This document shows positions 1 through 9,406 of a DNA stretch of 64,000 nucleotides, in pieces. The position numbers and the translations under genes are program-made. The DNA is taken from the IMG/VR virus record IMGVR_UViG_3300045988_182948. One strand, given 5' to 3'. This DNA comes from a virus. How positions within the stretch are numbered: the stretch's first letter is position 1; each line of letters opens with the position of its first letter. The notes under the pieces were generated by a model. The model did not search any database. It was not told where the DNA came from and saw only the letters and a list, made by a program, of their open reading frames with translations.

Positions 1-93
1 CTCATATTCTTCTTTAATACTTTTTAAATTATAATAAACATATCTTAATTCATTTTCAGTAATATCATCTTTTGTATTAATTTGTATATTCAT
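1..93 (-). CDS. hypothetical protein, N-terminal fragment; the gene continues beyond the window start
   Basis: ATG at 93..91 on the minus strand, preceded by AGGAGG (105-110). The frame stays open to position 1 (MNIQINTKDDITENELRYVYYNLKSIKEEYE...). Confidence 0.4.
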   Translation of the reverse strand, partial: MNIQINTKDDITENELRYVYYNLKSIKEEYE

Positions 94-200
94 TTTATTA
101 TTTTCCTCCTGTAATAAAAAAAGACTCATTCCTGCTAGGAAAAGTCTCTTACTTCGTATATATTACAACTCTAGTATAGCATATTTTGTGAATACTTTTT

Positions 201-505
201 TATTTAATAAATTTATAATCTTGTAATCCTTTTTTTAAAATATTTAAACATTCTAGCCAGTCTTCTCTGGACTCGATTTCATAGCTACTCCATTCTTCAA
301 TATTATCACAACTAGACCAGTCAAATACTCCATACTTTTCTATACCCGTAGTTTGATTATTTATATAATCATTACAAAAACTGTCTATATGATTATAAAA
401 CCAGTCCTCAGTACAAGTTAGTTTAAATTTCTTCTGCCAATGTCCTTTTGCATTTACGTTTTCTATTCTTACAAAAAGTTCTTCTTATTTATTAATATCT
501 ACCAT
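201..505 (-). pseudogene. interrupted ORF: ATG at 505..503, in-frame TAA after 6 codons, then a 94-codon open frame (Cys-rich CTEDWFYNHIDSFCNDY...) with no in-frame ATG
   Basis: Manual translation of the minus strand. MVDINK-stop is followed in the same frame by EELFVRIENVNAKGHWQKKFKLTCTEDW... down to the TAA at 203..201. Confidence 0.3.
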
Positions 506-517
506 TTTCCTTCCTCC

Positions 518-1030
518 TCACTTCTCTATAAATTCTATAATTTCTTCAATATTGACTGGTTTAAACTGATTCGCATCAACTCCCACATCATACCTTTTTA
601 ATCCCTTCAACTTCATCTTATAATTGTAATCAGAATGATTATGCTGATGTCCATGTAAATGAATGGCTCCACTAAAGAAATGATTCCATTCTTCAAATGG
701 ATAATGAGAGAGTATAAAAAGTTGTTTGTTATATTTTAATTCCTTATAGTCACATATATCCTGGAATAACCCTTCATCATACTGCTTATCATGATTGCCT
801 CGAATGAGAATTTTCTTTCCATTTAATCTTTGAATAATCTTATGAGATTCTTCGAGGGTCATTTTAAAGCATAGGTCGCCTAAGATGTAAATTGTATCTT
901 GGGGTTTGATGGTGTTGTTCCAGTTTTTTATGAGAGTTTCATTCATTTTCTCTACATCAGAAAAAGGTCTGTTTGTCAGCTTAATAATATTCTTATGCCC
1001 AAAATGTAAATCGCTTGTCAAATATATCAA
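518..1030 (-). CDS. calcineurin-like metallophosphoesterase (MPP superfamily)
   Basis: Motifs DLHFGH, GDLCF, GNHD and GHQH are typical of metal-dependent phosphoesterases. Confidence 0.75.
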   Translation of the reverse strand: MIYLTSDLHFGHKNIIKLTNRPFSDVEKMNETLIKNWNNTIKPQDTIYILGDLCFKMTLEESHKIIQRLNGKKILIRGNHDKQYDEGLFQDICDYKELKYNKQLFILSHYPFEEWNHFFSGAIHLHGHQHNHSDYNYKMKLKGLKRYDVGVDANQFKPVNIEEIIEFIEK

Positions 1031-1056
1031 TTGTTTTATCCTCCTTTTTCTTTTTA

Positions 1057-1440
1057 TCAGTTTTCTGATAAACCTATAAATGAAAACGGTGCAGTGTATT
1101 CCATTCCCTTTTCATCTTTTAAAACACATGGATAAAGATGAGGATTCTTTTTTGCTATTGGATTTAATCCAATAAGAGTATAAAGTTGCCCATCATTTCC
1201 TTGAAATATCTGCTGATACATTGATTCATCTACATTTGAAAAATATTGACAATTTTGTTTAAACTGTTTTTCTTTTTCTTTTTCTTCATTTGAGACTTGA
1301 ACTTTGAAACTAAATGTATCTTGCTCAGCGGAAATAACTTCTCTCTCAAAAATAAAAACACCATATTTCTTTTTTAATGGTTTCATTGCCTCTTCAAAAT
1401 CCTCTAAAAATCTAAAAACGTCTTTCTTGCTCATTTCCAT
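1057..1440 (-). CDS. hypothetical protein
   Basis: 127-aa ORF, overlaps the upstream gene by 10 nt (operon-like packing). Confidence 0.45.
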   Translation of the reverse strand: MEMSKKDVFRFLEDFEEAMKPLKKKYGVFIFEREVISAEQDTFSFKVQVSNEEKEKEKQFKQNCQYFSNVDESMYQQIFQGNDGQLYTLIGLNPIAKKNPHLYPCVLKDEKGMEYTAPFSFIGLSEN

Positions 1441-2048
1441 TTATTGTTTTCCTCCATATTTTGTATTTTCTGAATCACTTCATTAGTGTAAGGAACTCCA
1501 TCAGAAATATTAATAACTAGGCCATCAGCAGAAAAAACACCACTTGGAATCAATTCCTCGATGAAGTTTCTATCTTTATCCATTCTTTCCATTCCATTTT
1601 CGTCTTCATATCCCCAATCACTCCTATCATCAAATGAATAATCTTTTGTGAGGTTCAATAATTCTTTCAAATTATCTACTGCCCAACTACTTCCAAATAT
1701 CTGAACAAAATAACCTTCTATATCATGATGATATAATACAATATCTACTAAAAAATCATTTAGATAGCATACAAACCATGAATCAATTCTATATCCAACT
1801 TCCTTTTGTCTCGCAACATCTTTTCGGAGTATATGAAAACAATAATTACACCATTGCTGGTATGTTTTAGGCTTCTTTCTATCTGCAAATTCTTCATACT
1901 TCATGAAAAACTTCAATTCGTTCTTAATGACTTCTGGAATTCTATCTTCAAGTCTTTTTTGATATTCATTTTTAGCAGTAAGCAAACTTCTAAACAACTC
2001 TTCAGAATTCTTATCTAATTTATATAAATTTGGTACGACTGTTGACAT
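1431..2048 (-). CDS. hypothetical protein (candidate toxin partner of the adjacent Panacea-domain protein)
   Basis: 205-aa ORF lying 5 nt downstream of the Panacea-domain gene. Confidence 0.45.
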   Translation of the reverse strand: MSTVVPNLYKLDKNSEELFRSLLTAKNEYQKRLEDRIPEVIKNELKFFMKYEEFADRKKPKTYQQWCNYCFHILRKDVARQKEVGYRIDSWFVCYLNDFLVDIVLYHHDIEGYFVQIFGSSWAVDNLKELLNLTKDYSFDDRSDWGYEDENGMERMDKDRNFIEELIPSGVFSADGLVINISDGVPYTNEVIQKIQNMEENNKWK

Positions 2049-2052
2049 TCTA

Positions 2053-2613
2053 TCACTCTCCTTGTGTCAATCTTGATATATATTCTATTTTCAAATAGTC
2101 TAAATCAATTATTTCTCCTGAAACTTGATAAGCCCAGCTATCAAAGATAACTGATTTTAATAGTTCAGTATTGCTGATAATCACGAGTTTATTTATGGTC
2201 TGTTCAAGAATTAATCTTGTTATTTCATCCAATTCTTCATTTTTGTAATATGCCAAAGCAAACGTATCATGACAATCAGGATGTACTAAGTATCTCCTGT
2301 AATAGGGAATACTGCAAAAAATGGACTCAGCCCAATACATATAATTAACTTCTAAATAAGTTGATGGAATAGTATTACAACCATAACTCTTTAGAAAAGC
2401 TTTATCAGCTTCTTCAATTCTAACTCCATACTTGCATTTTTTTATTTCATCTTTAAATAATGGTTGGTGGTATATAGCTAAGGAAAGCCCTTGAGCTACA
2501 TAAAGCAGCTTGCTCATTTTTAAAGGCGAGAGATAGCATTCTAATTGTTTTTTATGAGTATAATCTACCATATAATATGCTAATTCTAATGCTGTATATT
2601 TTGCTTCTTTCAT
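2053..2613 (-). CDS. Panacea-domain (DUF4065, SocA-like) putative antitoxin
   Basis: The N-terminal region TALELAYYMVDYTHKK...KMSKLLYVAQGLSLAIYHQPLFKDEIKKCKYGV matches the Panacea consensus (KLQKLLYYAQG...LF.D.I.AW.YGPV). Confidence 0.5.
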   Translation of the reverse strand: MKEAKYTALELAYYMVDYTHKKQLECYLSPLKMSKLLYVAQGLSLAIYHQPLFKDEIKKCKYGVRIEEADKAFLKSYGCNTIPSTYLEVNYMYWAESIFCSIPYYRRYLVHPDCHDTFALAYYKNEELDEITRLILEQTINKLVIISNTELLKSVIFDSWAYQVSGEIIDLDYLKIEYISRLTQGE

Positions 2614-2622
2614 ATTTCCCTC

Positions 2623-2817
2623 CTATTCCAAATAACAATAACTTTCTACCAGTTTCTCATAGTCCTCATCTTCATTTGCTTCAATGACAACATATTCTCT
2701 TATTTCATCATCAGTAATAATGCTTCTATAGATTGTTCTCTCAAAAATATCATTTGACGCATCTTCCTCTTCTCTGATGTTAATACTCTTCACATCTCTT
2801 AATACTCTCTCATGCAA
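2623..2817 (-). CDS. small acidic hypothetical protein
   Basis: 64-aa ORF rich in D/E. Confidence 0.35.
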   Translation of the reverse strand: MHERVLRDVKSINIREEEDASNDIFERTIYRSIITDDEIREYVVIEANEDEDYEKLVESYCYLE

Positions 2818-3036
2818 CTTATCATAAGATGTGTATATACCTAAGAAAGCAACGTCTCCTGATATCCCGTAATCTCCGTACTCTAAAAGATTTTTGGTAT
2901 TTTTTAATAAAATTAATAGTTTTTTTCATAGGTTTCCTCCTTTCTTTGTAACAAAAAAGGATGTACGTTTATGCACATCCAGTCGTTTAACTTTACTCTT
3001 CTATTGTATCATAAATATCACTAATTATAAGCATAT

Positions 3037-3384
3037 TTAGTATCCGATAGTATACTCTATACTTTCTTTTACCTCTCTATAGTCTTTTGCTGGAATCATT
3101 TTCTTTAGCAATGTTACAGCTTTAAAATGTGATTCTTGATGATTTCCTTTCATTGTCATTCTTCCCTCTGAAGAAACATTTTCAATAATGAAAAAATCAA
3201 TATAATCAGTTAATTTCAGTGGAAATCCATTTGAATTAAACGTATATATGATGAGATTATTCTTATTATAGACTTGTTTCAGATTTCTCAAACAGATAGA
3301 TTTGCTTTCCTTAAATAATAAGTTCTTCAATTTTTCATCATGATTTGAATCAATAACCAATGTGTTTTCAGTAATCAGGCTCAT
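3037..3384 (-). CDS. hypothetical protein
   Basis: 115-aa ORF. Confidence 0.4.
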   Translation of the reverse strand: MSLITENTLVIDSNHDEKLKNLLFKESKSICLRNLKQVYNKNNLIIYTFNSNGFPLKLTDYIDFFIIENVSSEGRMTMKGNHQESHFKAVTLLKKMIPAKDYREVKESIEYTIGY

Positions 3385-3405
3385 ACTCTTTCCTCCTCTG
3401 ATAAA

Positions 3406-3654
3406 CTACAAAATAAAAACGCAGCAAATATGGTTTGCGAGTTGATTTTCTATAGTTTGAATATCATCTTCTAAACCATTCTCATAAACAATTTGAGTAG
3501 CAACCTTTACACCAATATATGAGCTTGGTCCTCCATGCTTATTTTGAGGGTATGTGACAACAATCTTCGTTCCAAATGGCAACCCCCTTATATCCTCTGC
3601 TCTTATTTTTTTCATGTAATCCCTCCTACCTAATTTATTATGAATGAACACCAA
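3406..3654 (-). CDS. hypothetical protein
   Basis: 82-aa ORF. Confidence 0.35.
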   Translation of the reverse strand: MVFIHNKLGRRDYMKKIRAEDIRGLPFGTKIVVTYPQNKHGGPSSYIGVKVATQIVYENGLEDDIQTIENQLANHICCVFIL

Positions 3655-3853
3655 GCATTAAAGAATACAGTTCTTTTTCTCTGCACCCTTTATGAAACAT
3701 CTTTAATGCATCTTCTAAAATAATCTCTCTTGTCATCAGAGTTAAGGTCTGCCCATATAAGACTTCTAAATTCTTTAAACACGCCAGTTCCTCTTTTGCC
3801 ATCTTTACTGCTAAATCCCAATCATATTCAATTGTTAATTCCATTTCTATCAT
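3638..3853 (-). CDS. hypothetical protein
   Basis: 71-aa ORF overlapping its neighbour by 17 nt. Confidence 0.35.
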   Translation of the reverse strand: MIEMELTIEYDWDLAVKMAKEELACLKNLEVLYGQTLTLMTREIILEDALKMFHKGCREKELYSLMLGVHS

Positions 3854-3933
3854 CCTTTCTCTTCTACTTGAAAATAAAAAGAGATATATCTCTATAATGA
3901 TATACCTCTTATTTCTCGTTTATTGTTACATCT

Positions 3934-4206
3934 TTATTTTATCATAAAATCTAAAATCTTTCTTTTATCACTACTTATTTTCTTATTGCATATTAGCATA
4001 TCCAAATGAACACAGAGAAGATACAACTGGTCTCCATTCATATCCTCAATATCTAGATTTTTGATATGGGCATTCTTTTTTAGCTGTTGATAATTTTCGC
4101 CTCTCTTGTAAGAAACTTTTAAACTATCTAGTTTCTCCATATTTCTTTTGGCTTCCTTAAGAAGTTCTTTTTTTGTGAATGAAGATATTTTCTTATAATA
4201 ACTCAT
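3934..4206 (-). CDS. hypothetical protein
   Basis: 90-aa basic ORF. Confidence 0.35.
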   Translation of the reverse strand: MSYYKKISSFTKKELLKEAKRNMEKLDSLKVSYKRGENYQQLKKNAHIKNLDIEDMNGDQLYLLCVHLDMLICNKKISSDKRKILDFMIK

Positions 4207-5152
4207 TTCTCAACCTCTTTTTCCTAAAAATGATATTTATATAATCTGAAACAACATCAGCTGTTAAGGGAAACCCAGCAGCTTTCTGATGACCTCCACC
4301 ATTAAATCTCTTTGCAAGAACACTGACATCAATATCTTCTTTAACAGTTCTTAATGAAACAGTCCTACTTCCAATAATCGCAATTGCATCATATTCTGGA
4401 TAGTTAAGTGCTATCTGATTTCCTAGTTCAGATACATACTGCTCAGCAAAGATGACTCCCAAATGATATTCATATAGCTGTAATTCAAATATATCCTTTT
4501 CCTTTGCTTTTATGTAGTTACTTATTCTATGACGCTCCGATGTCAGTAAAACACAATCAGTTTCGCGCAATAATAAGTTATCGCTTGTATCAAGAAGTAT
4601 CTCAATCATATCTTCAGCAAAATTCTTAATACCTTTTATATATAACAAATCGTTAATATCTTTTGCTAAGAGATTATTATATTTGCTCCAGTCCCATGTA
4701 TCATAAGAACGAACTGCTTCAACAAAACGTTCTAGCTTATTAAAGATATCAAGCTGTAATTTAAATTCATAGGTTTTCTTAAGATATTGATAAAATAAGT
4801 ATGTCCCTGACATGAGTTTATCATCTCTCTGTATACAAATGTGTGCAAAATCATATTTGTTTAAGTCTAATGCACTTTTATGATGGTCAATGATTGTTGT
4901 TTTTTCTACAACCTCAGGTGTGAAAAACTGCTGAATATAATCATCATAGACAACAATATCAGTCATGTAGATATGCTCATAATCATCTCCTTTTAATATA
5001 GTCTCTGACATCATTTCCTGAATATTGGAATGTGTACAATATGTTACATCAACACCATAATGATGCTGATGAGCAAGTAGTATTTTTGCTACAATATAAC
5101 ATCCAACGCCATCTAAATCGTTGTGTGTCAGTAATTTAATTTTCTTTTTCAT
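4193..5152 (-). CDS. DHH-family phosphoesterase (NrnA-like nanoRNase / pAp phosphatase fold)
   Basis: N-terminal DHH motif (LLTHNDLDGVGC...HSN) and C-terminal DHHA1 motif (GGGHQKAAGF). Confidence 0.7.
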   Translation of the reverse strand: MKKKIKLLTHNDLDGVGCYIVAKILLAHQHHYGVDVTYCTHSNIQEMMSETILKGDDYEHIYMTDIVVYDDYIQQFFTPEVVEKTTIIDHHKSALDLNKYDFAHICIQRDDKLMSGTYLFYQYLKKTYEFKLQLDIFNKLERFVEAVRSYDTWDWSKYNNLLAKDINDLLYIKGIKNFAEDMIEILLDTSDNLLLRETDCVLLTSERHRISNYIKAKEKDIFELQLYEYHLGVIFAEQYVSELGNQIALNYPEYDAIAIIGSRTVSLRTVKEDIDVSVLAKRFNGGGHQKAAGFPLTADVVSDYINIIFRKKRLRNELL

Positions 5153-5162
5153 ATTCTCTCCT

Positions 5163-5471
5163 TTATCCCAATAAGGCTATTTCTTCATTTGGTACATTAT
5201 CAAAGCAGTAACTATCCATTCTTAGTGCCTCTAGCTCATCAGGATTGCTGTCAATCATGTAAAACAATCCATGATAATCATTACCTTCATCGTCATTTGT
5301 AATAAATAATTTCTTTGCACCATTGCCTTGTATAACTTCTTCTAAAGCATTTTTTGCTAAACAGTGAATTTTATAAGGTCTTTCACTATCTAATTCGTCT
5401 TTTCCCAAATGATTTAACACCAAAGTGGCAGCCTTTAAAACTTCCAGTTCTTCTCTTGTTGCTTCAAGCAT
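5163..5471 (-). CDS. hypothetical protein
   Basis: 102-aa ORF. Confidence 0.35.
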   Translation of the reverse strand: MLEATREELEVLKAATLVLNHLGKDELDSERPYKIHCLAKNALEEVIQGNGAKKLFITNDDEGNDYHGLFYMIDSNPDELEALRMDSYCFDNVPNEEIALLG

Positions 5472-5808
5472 ATTTCATTTCCTCCTTTTCATCTAAATAG
5501 TCATAAATATTTGTTTGTCCTGTTATGGGATAATGATTTTGAGAATCCGTTTTGATGACTCGCACCTCAATAGCCTCAATCATATTCTCATGAAATGAAG
5601 AATCTTTTGCAGCCCTTTTTATTGCATCAGATAATGACTCTGATTCATAGATACCAATAAAATGATTAGGAATAAAATCATTCCAATTGTCATCTTCCCG
5701 ATTATCATTGGAATCCATACTTCCACAATAAATCTGTGTATCTCTTAAATAATCTGACGTTAATAACGCAATATACTTTTTCATAATGTATTCCTCCTCT
5801 CTAAACAA
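5464..5808 (-). CDS. hypothetical protein
   Basis: 114-aa ORF. Confidence 0.35.
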   Translation of the reverse strand: MFREEEYIMKKYIALLTSDYLRDTQIYCGSMDSNDNREDDNWNDFIPNHFIGIYESESLSDAIKRAAKDSSFHENMIEAIEVRVIKTDSQNHYPITGQTNIYDYLDEKEEMKYA

Positions 5809-5881
5809 AAAAAGAATCGCTTCATCTGAAACGACTCCATTCGTATATATTACATATATATTTTATCATATAATGAGGTAA

Positions 5882-6244
5882 TTATTGAATTGGTATTATA
5901 TGAATTGTTAGTCCATGCTGCATTGCCTGCTTAATTATATCAGATATTCCTCTGCTTCCATTATAGAAGGCAATTAATACATCAGCATACTTTGCCATTT
6001 CTTGGTTGCGTATTGGTTCAGCAGATTTTCCATATTTATTCCAGTCAGATGGAAATTCTCTCAATGGATAGAAAAATTCATTTGCATATTGTTTAGCAAT
6101 AGTATCCATGCCTTTGGCACCACCTACAATAATTTCTTCCCAATCTTTACCATCATGATATAAAATTTCTAATTCCAAAAGTTTTAAAAAGATAAATTCT
6201 TTATCTGTATAATCTCTTGGAACTGCTATAATTACTTTTGCCAT
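5882..6244 (-). CDS. SLOG-family protein (DUF2493-like)
   Basis: VIIAVPRDY...IIVGGAKGMDTIAKQYA...SDWNKYGKSAEPIRNQEMAKYADVLIAFYNGSRG is closely similar to the DUF2493/SLOG consensus seen on phages and plasmids. Confidence 0.65.
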   Translation of the reverse strand: MAKVIIAVPRDYTDKEFIFLKLLELEILYHDGKDWEEIIVGGAKGMDTIAKQYANEFFYPLREFPSDWNKYGKSAEPIRNQEMAKYADVLIAFYNGSRGISDIIKQAMQHGLTIHIIPIQ

Positions 6245-6255
6245 TTTTTTTCCTC

Positions 6256-6495
6256 CTAAAACCCCAATAATAAACTCTTATCAGTCATGTCCTCTTTATG
6301 AATAACAACTTCTTTCTTTTCTCCATTTAACATCACTACATACTCTTCATCAAGAGAAATGATTCCTTGTGGAAGCTCACCTCCTTCAATATCAAAAACC
6401 TCTTGCTTATCCAAATCTACCTTACAAATAGATTCTATATTGATTTTTCCACGATTATAAATGGAATGATAATATGCATATACAATTTTATTCAA
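6256..6495 (-). CDS. hypothetical protein
   Basis: 79-aa ORF. Confidence 0.35.
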   Translation of the reverse strand: MNKIVYAYYHSIYNRGKINIESICKVDLDKQEVFDIEGGELPQGIISLDEEYVVMLNGEKKEVVIHKEDMTDKSLLLGF

Positions 6496-6636
6496 TTTAT
6501 CTGTCTCCTTTTTATATCCTTTCTTCTCTTTCGCCTAATAGCAAAAAAACTGTAACTTTATTCTGTTACAGTTCTTGCTTATCGGAATATCTATACATCT
6601 ATTTTACCATATATCTAAAAATTTTATATTTCATGC

Positions 6637-7095
6637 CTAGAAATCTTTCACATCGTCCTCAAAATCCTTTATCATTTGAACAACAAGTGTTAAATCGCTA
6701 TTAGGGAGTTCTTTTTTTAACAATTCTATCAACTTTCTGATAATCTCAAAGTATTCTTCTGCACTTAAAGAGTTATCTGATGAATAATCACGAGCTGATA
6801 TATCTCTACTTTTATTCCTTATAGATTCCTTGAGCATAAATTCTCGATAATCTCCATTTTCATTATCCAATAATTCCTTACTAATATCTTCTCTATGCTC
6901 TTCGATAAACGTCAATACATTTTCAATATCATCAAAACAATTTTTCAGATGTTCATCATCGTTTAACCTGTTTTTTAAAAGATTATGAACATCTATAATA
7001 CCTAGCATTATTCCTAAAGAATTCTCGTATTCACACTCACAAGTGCATTCTCCATTCATAAAAGTAAACTTCCCATTAAATATATAATTATCCAT
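6637..7095 (-). CDS. hypothetical protein (start trimmed to the Met preceded by GGAGG; the longer ORF reaches 7233)
   Basis: The ORF track gives 6637..7233, which overlaps the divergent topoisomerase ORF. An internal ATG at 7095 has a GGAGG SD 8 nt upstream. The Cys cluster CTCECEYEN lies near the N-terminus. Confidence 0.4.
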   Translation of the reverse strand: MDNYIFNGKFTFMNGECTCECEYENSLGIMLGIIDVHNLLKNRLNDDEHLKNCFDDIENVLTFIEEHREDISKELLDNENGDYREFMLKESIRNKSRDISARDYSSDNSLSAEEYFEIIRKLIELLKKELPNSDLTLVVQMIKDFEDDVKDF

Positions 7096-7214
7096 TATCA
7101 ACCTCCGCAAAATCTTTACAATTCTTATTTTATCATGGAAATAGTCATTTAAGGAATATCTTTCCCGCCTATTATTGACTAATATTCTATTATATGTTAT
7201 AATTCGTTGGTAGA

Positions 7215-9401
7215 ATGAGGTGTTTTTTAACAATCTTCCTCTTCTTGGAGGTTATTCCTATAAAGAAACTTATTATTGCTGAAAAGCCTAATGTTATGAG
7301 AGAATTTGTTCACGCTTTGGATTCTCATGCCAAGAGTATTTGCTATGCCAAACCATATGTATATTACTATGAAGGAAAGGATTATATATTTGCAGCTGCT
7401 AATGGACATTTGTTTCAGGCAAAAAATCCTGAAGAAATTAGTATGAACAATAAAAAATGGGACGCTAAAAAACTAGATATCCCTGAAATTATTCCTATTA
7501 AGATAAATAAGCAATATGCTCAGTCATTTTATTGTCTAAAAGAACTTGTTAAAAGAAAAGATATTGATGAAATCATTGTTGCAACAGACCCAGATAGAGA
7601 AGGACAGTTAATATGGGAGCTGATTGCAAGAAATCTAAAAATAACTGTTCCTGTTACACGTATTTGGATTAATGAATGGACAGAAGCATCACTTATAAAA
7701 GCTTTTCATGGCAGAAAAGACAATAAGGTTTATCAGAACCTTGCCGATGCAGGCTTAGCAAGATTACAATCTGATTATCTTATTGGTATGACAGGTACTA
7801 GAGTGCATACTGTCTGCTTTGGTGGTTATAAAAATGTGATTAATGAGGGTCGTGTTCAGTCTCCTACTCGCTATTTAGTAGGAACTCTGGAAAAAACTAT
7901 CATGAACTTCAAACCTGAAAATTATCATATCATCCAACTCCAAACCGGGTCTGATGAAGCAGAAGCAATGACTCTCTTGAGTCATAAGTTAGACACAAAA
8001 GAATCATCAGGATTATTAGAGGTCTTGCCTTCCTATCAATATGAGATTTTAAAAGATGTTCATAAGGTTTCAAAAAAGGGGCCTAAACTATACAAGACAA
8101 ATGATATTCTTATGGATGCAAATAATAAATTAGGCTTATCTGCTGAAAAAACAACAGAAATTCTTCAAAAACTTTATCAGGACTATGCCCTAACAACATA
8201 TCCGCGTACAGAAATCCAACAGATTTCTATATCTGCATCCAAAGAGGTTATGAAAATAGTCAACAGCCTTGAGGGGGTAGGTCTTGTTGATGAGATTATT
8301 GATGAGATTAAGTCAAAACATATGACATTCCAAAAGCGTCTTATTAATTTTAGTGAGGGAGAAATGCCCCATGAAGCTATCACGCCTACATATGAAGGGA
8401 ATCCAAAAGCAACCTTATCAAAATTATCTCATGATGAAAGAAATGTTTATGAGCTGATTGTAAGAAGATTTTTACAGGGATTTTATCCTGAAGCTATTAT
8501 AGAAGAAACAAAAGTAGCAACTGTTATTTCCTATAGTGAAAAAGACTATACTTTCTCAAACTCTGGAAAAATCATTGTTGAACCATCATGGATGAAAGTG
8601 CTAGGCGTACCTCGTGACACTTATCTACCAGCCATTACTGACAGAAAAACCTATCCTTATGTCAATTCATTACTTGAAAGGAAAACAACAAAACCACCTT
8701 CAAGGTTTACTGAAGCAACTCTCTTAAATGCTATGGAGAATGCAGCAAGATATGTTGAGGATTCCTCATCAAAGACTATACTAAAAAAATCCAAAGGAAT
8801 TGGTACAGGTGCTACTAGAAATGAAATCATTAAAAACCTTTATAAAAGTGGCTTTATTATCAAAAAAGGAAAAACTATCTATCCAACTGATAAGCTTATG
8901 CAATGGATGGAAATTCTTCCAGAATCCCCTCTAAAATCTCCTCAAATGACTGCTGATTTAGAAAGTCAATTATCTGAAGTTGAAAAAGGAACATTATCCT
9001 TTCATAACTTTATGAATTCAGTTAATAATCAATTAGATGAACTTATCAAAGTTGCTTTATCCTCGCCTAAAACAAGTATTGTCTCATCGTCTATCAAAAC
9101 TCCTTCAAAAGACACTCATTCATTAGATTCTTTGGGGAATTGTCCAATCTGTGGAAAACCAATGAGAGAAAACAGCAAAAGCTTTTACTGCACAGGATAC
9201 AAGGAGGGATGTAAATTCTCTATTTGGAAAGAAATTAAAGGCAAGAAAATTAGTAAAAGAACAGCCGAAACATTAATTCATAAAGGCTATACTGGAAAAT
9301 TAAAAGGCTTTTATAGTGACAAAACTGGAAAGGATTTTGAAGCAAAACTTAAAATCAATAAATCAACACAAAAAGTTGAATTTGATTTTGATAAGAGGTA
9401 G
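7215..9401 (+). CDS. topB: type IA DNA topoisomerase (topoisomerase III-like) with a C-terminal zinc ribbon
   Basis: The Toprim N-terminus KLIIAEKPNV...AANGHLFQ, the catalytic core and the C-terminal CPICGKP...CTGYKEGCKF zinc ribbon are typical of mobile-element TopB proteins. The true start is uncertain: GGAGG at 7247-7251 is followed by no ATG before 7290, and an in-frame TTG sits at 7245. Confidence 0.8.
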   Translation: MRCFLTIFLFLEVIPIKKLIIAEKPNVMREFVHALDSHAKSICYAKPYVYYYEGKDYIFAAANGHLFQAKNPEEISMNNKKWDAKKLDIPEIIPIKINKQYAQSFYCLKELVKRKDIDEIIVATDPDREGQLIWELIARNLKITVPVTRIWINEWTEASLIKAFHGRKDNKVYQNLADAGLARLQSDYLIGMTGTRVHTVCFGGYKNVINEGRVQSPTRYLVGTLEKTIMNFKPENYHIIQLQTGSDEAEAMTLLSHKLDTKESSGLLEVLPSYQYEILKDVHKVSKKGPKLYKTNDILMDANNKLGLSAEKTTEILQKLYQDYALTTYPRTEIQQISISASKEVMKIVNSLEGVGLVDEIIDEIKSKHMTFQKRLINFSEGEMPHEAITPTYEGNPKATLSKLSHDERNVYELIVRRFLQGFYPEAIIEETKVATVISYSEKDYTFSNSGKIIVEPSWMKVLGVPRDTYLPAITDRKTYPYVNSLLERKTTKPPSRFTEATLLNAMENAARYVEDSSSKTILKKSKGIGTGATRNEIIKNLYKSGFIIKKGKTIYPTDKLMQWMEILPESPLKSPQMTADLESQLSEVEKGTLSFHNFMNSVNNQLDELIKVALSSPKTSIVSSSIKTPSKDTHSLDSLGNCPICGKPMRENSKSFYCTGYKEGCKFSIWKEIKGKKISKRTAETLIHKGYTGKLKGFYSDKTGKDFEAKLKINKSTQKVEFDFDKR

Positions 9402-9406
9402 AAAAA

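Noticed and set aside
7227-7409. Short antisense ORFs inside long genes (e.g. 7227-7409, 8183-8383, 11604-11816, 17306-17896, 33596-34222, 60053-60711)
   Set aside because: They are fully nested antisense to strongly supported CDSs (TopB, FtsH, vWA protein, flotillin, helicase). This is a typical six-frame artefact in AT-rich DNA.
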